Source: a virus. From it: DNA of 26,813 nucleotides. The translations under genes and the position numbers were made by a program. Below are positions 21,182 to 26,813 of this stretch, piece after piece. The stretch lies in UHGV virus genome UHGV-0083306. One strand, given 5' to 3'. A model generated the notes under the pieces. The model saw only the letters and a list, made by a program, of their open reading frames with translations, ran no database searches and had not been told where the DNA came from. How positions within the stretch are numbered: position 1 is the stretch's first letter; each line of letters starts with the position of its first letter.

Positions 21182-21564
21182 TGGCACATTCGATTACTGT
21201 AAGACTAAACAAGCCCGCAAGAGAGTTTCAGGCCGGGGAAAATATCGGATTCAACATCCGTGCTGGCGTTCAGTATTACGATCGCCAGACAAAAAAGAAA
21301 GAATGGACAAACTACAGCGCCGTTGTATTTGCCAAGCCGGGAGCGCAAGCGGATTACTACCGTAGCGTTCTGGATGAAGGAGGCATTGTGGAAATTACCG
21401 GAGAAAACATCAGGGTTGATGTTTATCAGGGGCAAAATGGTCAATCAATCACTCTTGAATTACTGAATGCAAAGATTGGATTTGCAGCTTCAGGAAATGG
21501 CCCGCAGCAGCAAAGTAGTAACCAGCAGAACACTCCTGTATACGACGATTCCATCCCATTCTGA
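21181..21564 (+). CDS. ssb: Phage single-stranded DNA-binding protein
   Basis: The track ORF is trimmed to ATG 21181 (TAATG overlap with erf). 127 aa: an OB-fold-like body, a Gln/Asn-rich linker and an SSB-type acidic tip ending DDSIPF (E. coli SSB ends DDDIPF). Confidence 0.8.
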   Translation: MAHSITVRLNKPAREFQAGENIGFNIRAGVQYYDRQTKKKEWTNYSAVVFAKPGAQADYYRSVLDEGGIVEITGENIRVDVYQGQNGQSITLELLNAKIGFAASGNGPQQQSSNQQNTPVYDDSIPF

Positions 21565-21587
21565 TTCAGAAAAATAAGGATTTAATC

Positions 21588-21884
21588 ATGCCAGCGCCTC
21601 AGTATGGTGCGGATGACCCGCGCCGCTGTTCCGGCAATTCCGTATCGGAGGTGCTGGATAAATTCAGAAAAAACTACGACCTGATAATGTCGCTACCGCA
21701 GGAAACGAAAGAGGAAAAGGAATTTCGCCATTGTATATGGCTTGCAGAGAAAGAAGAACGAGAGCGAATTTACCAGACATCAATCCGACCATTCCGTAAA
21801 GCCACATATACCCACTTCCCTGAATATATCGACCCGCGCCTGCGTAATTACCGCTCACGCTATGGCGCTATCAGTAATGACTGA
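21588..21884 (+). CDS. Possible Abc2-like anti-RecBCD protein (98 aa)
   Basis: The length equals what I recall for P22 Abc2, and it lies just downstream of the P22-type erf. I cannot verify the sequence from memory, so this is tentative. Confidence 0.45.
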   Translation: MPAPQYGADDPRRCSGNSVSEVLDKFRKNYDLIMSLPQETKEEKEFRHCIWLAEKEERERIYQTSIRPFRKATYTHFPEYIDPRLRNYRSRYGAISND

Positions 21885-21894
21885 GGAATTTACC

Positions 21895-22062
21895 ATGAGA
21901 GGACTTGCATACAATCCCGGCATTCTTCCGGCAGAAATGATTATTCGCCAACGCGTAAAGCCAATGCCATCGAGAGAGGAATTGCTTAAGAGAAATAGTT
22001 TCGGTTCTGTTAATGACAACAAATATCTGAATGCGATGTGGCGCAAAGGAGGCAACCAGTGA
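21895..22062 (+). CDS. Hypothetical 55-aa protein
   Basis: The track ORF is trimmed to ATG 21895 (GAGGA upstream). The stop overlaps the next gene's GTG (GTGA). Confidence 0.45.
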   Translation: MRGLAYNPGILPAEMIIRQRVKPMPSREELLKRNSFGSVNDNKYLNAMWRKGGNQ

Positions 22063-22670
22063 GCAAGATTGACTATCAGGTACTGCGTGAGGCAGCAGTA
22101 GCAATTGAAACAGTAGCAACGCCTCAAAAATTGCTGGCATTTCGTATGAAAGTAACACCTCAGGTTGTGCTGGCTCTACTGGATGAACGAGATGCATTAA
22201 ATGAACGCCTAGCCGAACTGGAGGCTGATTTAGCAGGGCTGGCCGAAGACCACCAGAAAGCGACTGAGTCAATTAAGCAGGCTGATGCAGCTGTTAAGTT
22301 GGCACACGAGAAGTTTTCGGCGCTGGCGGCGGAGAATGCGATGTTGAAGCAACGGACACAGCAACTTATCGACATCATTAGTAATACTGACAATGACTAC
22401 TGCATGTGTGGTTCTGCTATGAAAGACCACGTGCACAGCGGATGTGGTTATCCTACTGGCATGTTCGATTATTACTACAACCAGTGGCTGGAGTCAGATA
22501 ACAAAACCCCAGCCACCGATGCTTTTCTGGCTGAAGTGCGGGCGCAGGGTGTGGATTCAGCGATTAACACAGTCATTGCGATGATGAACCATCAGCATCC
22601 TGTCACATCGAAGGCAATCGACATAATGCGCGTCCATGCCTACCAAATTCGCAAAGGAGTGCAGTCATGA
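22059..22670 (+). CDS. Ead/Ea22-like family protein (coiled-coil N-domain + Cys/His-containing C-domain)
   Basis: GTG 22059 has AAGGAGG 6 nt upstream. The N-terminus [33 protein letters not shown] is shared with 22936..23472. The C-terminus has CMCG..HVHSGCG and [16 protein letters not shown]. Confidence 0.65.
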   Translation: MSKIDYQVLREAAVAIETVATPQKLLAFRMKVTPQVVLALLDERDALNERLAELEADLAGLAEDHQKATESIKQADAAVKLAHEKFSALAAENAMLKQRTQQLIDIISNTDNDYCMCGSAMKDHVHSGCGYPTGMFDYYYNQWLESDNKTPATDAFLAEVRAQGVDSAINTVIAMMNHQHPVTSKAIDIMRVHAYQIRKGVQS

Positions 22671-22939
22671 GAAAATCATACATCGTTATTCAGCAGTACT
22701 GGTGGTGCAACGAGAAAGGCCATGGAGTTGAATACACGACAGACGGCGTTGACTTCGATAAGCGCGATAAGGCAATCAAGCATGGTCTGAAAACACAAGG
22801 TAGTGATGATTTCAACATCGGCGTTATCGAAGGCGGTAAGCTTGTTTCCTTCGACTGGATGAATGAGCCAGTGGGTGAAAGTGCAGAGACACTTGCTGAA
22901 ATTGCAGAAGCCATCGGTTACGAAGGAACCGCCCAATGA
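22667..22939 (+). CDS. Hypothetical protein (90 aa)
   Basis: ATGA overlaps at both ends. No recognisable domain. Confidence 0.55.
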   Translation: MRKSYIVIQQYWWCNEKGHGVEYTTDGVDFDKRDKAIKHGLKTQGSDDFNIGVIEGGKLVSFDWMNEPVGESAETLAEIAEAIGYEGTAQ

Positions 22940-23472
22940 GCAACATCGACAAACAGGCGCTGCGTGAAATCGCAGCGGCAGCAGTTGGCGCACATGAGCG
23001 CCTTAGTGTTATGCCGCCTGATGACATTTTCGATATCTCACTGGCAGAAGGAACTCAGCTTGATGCAGATATCACTGCCTTGAACGCGCTGAACTCCGCA
23101 GCAAACCCCACTACCGTGCTGGCGATGCTGGATGAGTTGGAAGCCGCAGAGAAGCGCATAGCAGAACTGGAGGGGGGCGCATTCAATCCCGCAATTCTTG
23201 ATGTGGTAGCAGAACGCCAGCGGCAACAGTCGGTTGAAGGATGGACTCCTGAACATGACAACGCATATCAAAATAGCGAATTAGCAGATGCAGCGGCTTG
23301 TTACGCAATTCATGCGCACAACCAAGGTTTCTCCACTCCAGCACATTGGCCGTGGTCTCCTGACTGGTGGAAGCAATCAGGAGCACGCCGCGACTTAGTA
23401 AAAGCTGGCGCTCTTATTCTGGCTGAAATCGAACGCATAGACCGCGCCGCTGGCATCGGTAAGGGGGAGTGA
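22936..23472 (+). CDS. Ead/Ea22-like family protein with a distinct alpha-helical C-domain
   Basis: 178 aa. The N-terminus SNIDKQALREIAAAAV..VLAMLDELEAAEKRIAELEGG is paralogous to 22059..22670. The C-domain has GWTPEHDNAYQNSELADAAACYA..WPWSPDWWK..LVKAGALILAEIERIDR. The domain name is uncertain. Confidence 0.65.
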   Translation: MSNIDKQALREIAAAAVGAHERLSVMPPDDIFDISLAEGTQLDADITALNALNSAANPTTVLAMLDELEAAEKRIAELEGGAFNPAILDVVAERQRQQSVEGWTPEHDNAYQNSELADAAACYAIHAHNQGFSTPAHWPWSPDWWKQSGARRDLVKAGALILAEIERIDRAAGIGKGE

Positions 23473-23903
23473 TGCTTCAACATCAAATGCAGCCAACATT
23501 TAACACCTGCATGGCTACCTGCGTTGCAATGGTTGCCGGTCAACCTGTCGATGAGGTAGTGGAACGCTGGCATCAGAAATTCCACGACAAAACAGACTGG
23601 CTCGACGACGCGCTGGATTATTACAAAATCCCGTATTTTTACGGAAGCCAGCGCAAGGCCGAATTGCTTTACGGGTTTATTTACTTCCTGACCGTTCCGT
23701 CACTGAACATCAAAGGCGGCCTGCATCAGATTCTGATGTCGTTAACGGCAGAACGCGGCATAGAAGTATTTGACCCGGCAATGGGTCGGCCAGGATCAAA
23801 ATATTACGTTTGGGGTGAAGCGCAGAACGATGATCAATTCGGCGTTATCTCCTGGTGCGTCGATTTATCGGTTCCGGTAGTGCAACAGAAAGGTGAGGAC
23901 TAA
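23472..23903 (+). CDS. Papain-fold, C39-like cysteine peptidase domain protein
   Basis: 143 aa from ATG 23472 (the track uses GTG 23469). QMQPTFNTCMATCVAMVAG resembles the C39 Gln..Cys catalytic block (Q-x5-CG-x-ACLAM), and a later GGLHQILM is a candidate His. Judged by eye only. Confidence 0.5.
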   Translation: MLQHQMQPTFNTCMATCVAMVAGQPVDEVVERWHQKFHDKTDWLDDALDYYKIPYFYGSQRKAELLYGFIYFLTVPSLNIKGGLHQILMSLTAERGIEVFDPAMGRPGSKYYVWGEAQNDDQFGVISWCVDLSVPVVQQKGED

Positions 23904-23906
23904 CCC

Positions 23907-24758
23907 ATGAGCACTATTACCAAAGAACGTATTGAATTGTTCATTAAAAATCCGCTTGAAAACGGGCTTACCCGTGGTGAACAAATGGAACTGGCACGGA
24001 TTGCGCTGGCATCGCTCGAAGCGGAGCCGGTGGCGTGGTTGCTGTCAGGAGGCGGGGAAAAAAACAACGTCAGCTTCGATAGTGGCAATGCTTATGCCGA
24101 CCCGCTGCGAGAAGTAACGCCGCTTTACGCCTCCCCGCCAGCGCCGGTATCTGTGCCTGATTTGAAACCAGTTGGCTTTTTATTCGTGTCCGATGATGGC
24201 TCAGTTGCTTATTCTCCTGCTGGCTGGCCCATGAAAGGATTTAATCTAATCGGTCCGATTTACGGTGATGTGAACGCCTGCCGCGCCGCCATGCTTCAGT
24301 CCGATGGTACCCTCACCAATGAAGGTACCATGCAGTTGTCCGGTAATTCCGAACAAATCGAACCCGTAAGTAATCGTGATGAGTTGCCGTTGGACTATCT
24401 GCAAGGTCACAAAGACGGCCTTGAATGGGCGGCGCAACTGGCAGAGGCCAATCATCCGCAAACAGGTGACTGGTTATACGACGACCCAATCGATCTTGCC
24501 AGGGCGATTCGCAAAGGTCCGGATATGCCTACTGTTCAGGCTGGCAACTCTCCGGTAACTCCGGATGGTTGGATTCCGGTAAGCAAAAGGATGCCGGAGC
24601 CTTATGAATACGTTCTTGTAACTGATGGTTTTGATGGCTGTGAGGTTATGCGTGTTAATACAGATGGCTACTGGGGGCCGACAAAGAGTTTATATCCAGG
24701 TGGTATTACCCACTGGATGCCACTACCGGAACCACCGCAGGAGGTTAACCGTGGCTAA
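23907..24758 (+). CDS. DUF551 domain protein
   Basis: 283 aa. The C-terminus WIPVSKRMPEPYEYVLVTDG..ITHWMPLPEPP is the DUF551 signature common in lambdoid early-left regions. Confidence 0.7.
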   Translation: MSTITKERIELFIKNPLENGLTRGEQMELARIALASLEAEPVAWLLSGGGEKNNVSFDSGNAYADPLREVTPLYASPPAPVSVPDLKPVGFLFVSDDGSVAYSPAGWPMKGFNLIGPIYGDVNACRAAMLQSDGTLTNEGTMQLSGNSEQIEPVSNRDELPLDYLQGHKDGLEWAAQLAEANHPQTGDWLYDDPIDLARAIRKGPDMPTVQAGNSPVTPDGWIPVSKRMPEPYEYVLVTDGFDGCEVMRVNTDGYWGPTKSLYPGGITHWMPLPEPPQEVNRG

Positions 24759-25035
24759 CCTGCAACTAGCCGTTAAAGGTGAATACTTCGATGCCATCAT
24801 TCGCGGAGAGAAAACGGAAGAGTATCGCCTGTGTAATGACTACTGGAATAAGCGAATTATGTTCAGGGAGTATGACCGCCTGATTATCACAAAGGGATAT
24901 CCGAAGCGCGACGATTCCAGCCGCAGAATTGATGTTCCGTATGACGGATATGAAATCAAGACAATCACACATCCGCACTTCGGCGATAAACCGGTAAAGG
25001 TGTTCGCGATAAAGGTGAATATCGGCAATGAATAA
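24751..25035 (+). CDS. ASCH-like (PUA-fold) domain protein
   Basis: GTG 24751 has AGGAGG 6 nt upstream. 94 aa with LQLAVKGEYFDAIIRGEKTEEYRL, which matches the ASCH G-x-K-x2-E-x-R motif. Confidence 0.55.
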   Translation: MANLQLAVKGEYFDAIIRGEKTEEYRLCNDYWNKRIMFREYDRLIITKGYPKRDDSSRRIDVPYDGYEIKTITHPHFGDKPVKVFAIKVNIGNE

Positions 25036-25106
25036 CAATCCTCGAACTCGCGGGGATTTCTTTTATCTGAACTCGCTACGGCGGGTTTTGTTTTATGGAG
25101 ATGATT

Positions 25107-25406
25107 ATGGTCTGTTCAACATTCAACCCTCTAACGTTACAGAAATACCAGCCAGACCCTGAAGATTTATGCTCACTGTGTGGCGGAAATCATGGAAAAG
25201 CCGCCATGATCGAATGTAAGGACAAAATCCACATATGCCTTAATTGCGTTGATGTCCTCGTTGATATCAAAAATGAAAGAGAAGATAAAAAGCGTAGCGA
25301 GGCTATTCGCGCCTTAGATTCATGGATGCGAGATGGGTATAGTGCTGCGCAAATTTATGACTTAGCAATATCAAAAGGCGAAATACCAGGAGTGCGTATC
25401 GAATAA
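25107..25406 (+). CDS. Hypothetical Cys-containing protein (99 aa)
   Basis: The track ORF starts at 25095. ATG 25107 has better GGAG spacing. CSLCG..CLNC suggests a zinc-binding pair. Confidence 0.5.
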   Translation: MVCSTFNPLTLQKYQPDPEDLCSLCGGNHGKAAMIECKDKIHICLNCVDVLVDIKNEREDKKRSEAIRALDSWMRDGYSAAQIYDLAISKGEIPGVRIE

Positions 25407-25446
25407 GACGTAACCAATATTCGATTTGAAGAACTGAAAGAACACC

Positions 25447-25470
25447 AAGCCGCCTGATGGCGGTTTTTTC
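25447..25470 (+). terminator. Intrinsic terminator upstream of xis
   Basis: CCGCC-TGAT-GGCGG, extended by AAG/TTT pairs, followed by TTTTTTC. Confidence 0.65.
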
Positions 25471-25503
25471 TTGCGTGTAATTGCGGAGACTTTGCGATGT
25501 ACT
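25471..25503 (+). promoter_or_regulatory. pI, CII-dependent int promoter
   Basis: TTGCGTGTAATTGC (TTGC-N6-TTGC), then 13 nt, then TGTACT, overlapping the xis start as in lambda. Confidence 0.7.
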
Positions 25504-25715
25504 TGACACTTCAGGAGTGGAACGCACGCCAGCGACGCCCAAGAAGCCTTGAAACAGTTCGTCGATGGGTACGCGAGTGCAGGATATTCCCTCCTCCGGT
25601 TAAGGATGGAAGAGAGTATCTGTTCCACGAATCAGCGGTAAAGGTTGACTTAAATCGACCAGTAACAGGTAGCCTTTTGAAGAGGATCAGAAATGGGAAG
25701 AAGGCGAAGTCATGA
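25497..25715 (+). CDS. xis: Excisionase Xis (lambda)
   Basis: 72 aa, MYLTLQEWNARQRRPRSLETVRRWVRECRIFPPPVKDGREYLFHESAVKVDLNRPVTGSLLKRIRNGKKAKS, equal to recalled lambda Xis. Confidence 0.95.
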   Translation: MYLTLQEWNARQRRPRSLETVRRWVRECRIFPPPVKDGREYLFHESAVKVDLNRPVTGSLLKRIRNGKKAKS

Positions 25716-26763
25716 GCGCCGGGATTTACCCCCTAACCTTTATATAAGAAACAATGGATATTACTGCTACAGGGACCCAAGGACGGGTAAAGAGTTTGGA
25801 TTAGGCAGAGACAGGAGGATAGCAATTACTGAAGCAATACAGGCAAACATTGAGTTATTTTCAGGACACAAACACAAGCCTCTGACAGCGAGAATCAACA
25901 GTGATAATTCTGTTACGTTACATTCATGGCTTGATCGCTACGAAAAAATCCTCGCCAGCAGAGGAATCAAGCAGAAGACACTCATAAATTACATGAGCAA
26001 AATTAAAGCAATAAGGAGGGGTCTGCCTGATGCTCCACTTGAAGACATCACCACAAAAGAAATTGCGGCAATGCTCAATGGATACATAGACGAGGGCAAG
26101 GCGGCATCAGCCAAGTTAATCAGATCAACACTGAGCGATGCATTCCGAGAGGCAATAGCTGAAGGCCATATAACAACAAACCCGGTCGCTGCCACTCGCG
26201 CAGCAAAATCAGAGGTAAGGAGATCAAGGCTTACGGCTGACGAATACCTGAAAATTTATCAAGCAGCAGAATCATCACCATGTTGGCTCAGACTTGCAAT
26301 GGAACTGGCTGTTGTTACCGGGCAGCGAGTTGGTGATTTATGCGAAATGAAGTGGTCTGATATCGTAGATGGATATCTTTATGTCGAGCAAAGCAAAACG
26401 GGCGTAAAAATTGCCATACCTACAACATTGCATGTTGATGCTCTCGGGATATCAATGAAGGAAACACTTGATAAATGCAAAGAGATTCTTGGCGGAGAAA
26501 CCATAATTGCATCTACTCGTCGTGAACCGCTTTCATCCGGCACAGTATCAAGGTATTTTATGCGCGCACGAAAAGCATCAGGTCTTTCCTTCGAAGGGGA
26601 TCCGCCTACCTTTCACGAGTTGCGCAGTTTGTCTGCAAGACTCTATGAGAAGCAGATAAGCGATAAGTTTGCTCAACATCTTCTCGGGCATAAGTCGGAC
26701 ACCATGGCATCACAGTATCGTGATGACAGAGGCAGGGAGTGGGACAAAATTGAAATCAAATAA
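25693..26763 (+). CDS. int: Tyrosine integrase Int (lambda)
   Basis: 356 aa, near-identical to recalled lambda Int (MGRRRSHERRDLPPNLYIRNNGYYCYRDPRTGKEFGLG...HELRSLSARLY..LLGHKSDTMASQYRDDRGREWDKIEIK). Confidence 0.97.
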   Translation: MGRRRSHERRDLPPNLYIRNNGYYCYRDPRTGKEFGLGRDRRIAITEAIQANIELFSGHKHKPLTARINSDNSVTLHSWLDRYEKILASRGIKQKTLINYMSKIKAIRRGLPDAPLEDITTKEIAAMLNGYIDEGKAASAKLIRSTLSDAFREAIAEGHITTNPVAATRAAKSEVRRSRLTADEYLKIYQAAESSPCWLRLAMELAVVTGQRVGDLCEMKWSDIVDGYLYVEQSKTGVKIAIPTTLHVDALGISMKETLDKCKEILGGETIIASTRREPLSSGTVSRYFMRARKASGLSFEGDPPTFHELRSLSARLYEKQISDKFAQHLLGHKSDTMASQYRDDRGREWDKIEIK

Positions 26764-26813
26764 TGATTTTATTTTGACTGATAGTGACCTGTTCGTTGCA
26801 ACAAATTGATAAG
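26761..26813. other. attP P' arm (arm-type Int sites P'3-P'1 and IHF H' site); core lies beyond the window
   Basis: TAATGATTTT, ATTTTGACTG and ATAGTGACCT are the reverse complements of arm-type sites (CAGTCAAAAT, AGGTCACTAT). CAACAAATTGATAA is the H' IHF site. Together they match the recalled lambda attP P' arm. Confidence 0.85.

Noticed and set aside
22800-23200. Double-glycine motifs (VIEGG, ELEGG) as peptidase cleavage sites
   Set aside because: GG dipeptides are expected by chance in proteins of this size, and the upstream residues fit the classical leader consensus only partly. Mentioned only as a testable idea.
26764-26813. Complete attP or attL site, and prophage versus free-phage status
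   Set aside because: Only the P' arm is inside the window. The core (GCTTTTTTATACTAA in lambda) would lie beyond position 26813, so integration status cannot be judged.
1-26813. CRISPR arrays, tRNA/tmRNA genes, IS elements
   Set aside because: I saw no regularly spaced repeats, cloverleaf-compatible segments, transposase ORFs or terminal inverted repeats on either strand.

Overview
This 26.8-kb window covers most of the early, immunity, lysis and head-packaging regions of a temperate enterobacterial lambdoid phage or prophage. It is inverted relative to the standard lambda map: the + strand is the pL/int direction. No rRNA, tRNA or CRISPR array was found.

Minus strand, right to left:
- pR operon: cro, nutR, a P22 C1/lambda CII-type activator, and two unknown genes.
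- Replication genes: a lambda-O-like initiator carrying its own iteron origin, then a T7 gp4-like primase-helicase.
- A tR2-like terminator and four small unknown genes.
- A DLP12/lambda-type nin region: ninB, D, E, F, a ybcO-like gene, rusA and ninH.
- Lambda-type Q, pR'/qut and tR', then lambda-type S, R, Rz/Rz1.
- A KilA-N two-gene cassette.
- P22-type TerS, TerL, portal, scaffold and the first codons of the next head gene.

Plus strand:
- cI (S24 repressor) plus a co-transcribed small membrane protein.
- OL/pL, nutL and a lambda-type N.
- Small ORFs, cIII, then P22-type erf, an SSB and a possible abc2.
- A run of Ea22-like, DUF551, ASCH-like and C39-peptidase-like accessory genes.
- Lambda xis, int and the P' arm of attP, which runs off the window end.

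Most unusual features:
- Two AT-rich paralogous HNH-AP2 homing-endonuclease cassettes. One sits inside the pR'-qut-tR' (6S RNA) leader. The other splits ninB, which also carries a frameshift; ninD carries a nonsense codon.
- An uncharacterised membrane protein in the rexAB position.
- A replaced, structured N leader.
- Duplicated terminator-containing repeats flanking an acidic micro-gene.
- A papain/C39-like peptidase coupled to Ea22-like proteins.
- An oop-like antisense unit.

All comparisons to lambda, P22 and DLP12 are from memory and need alignment to confirm.
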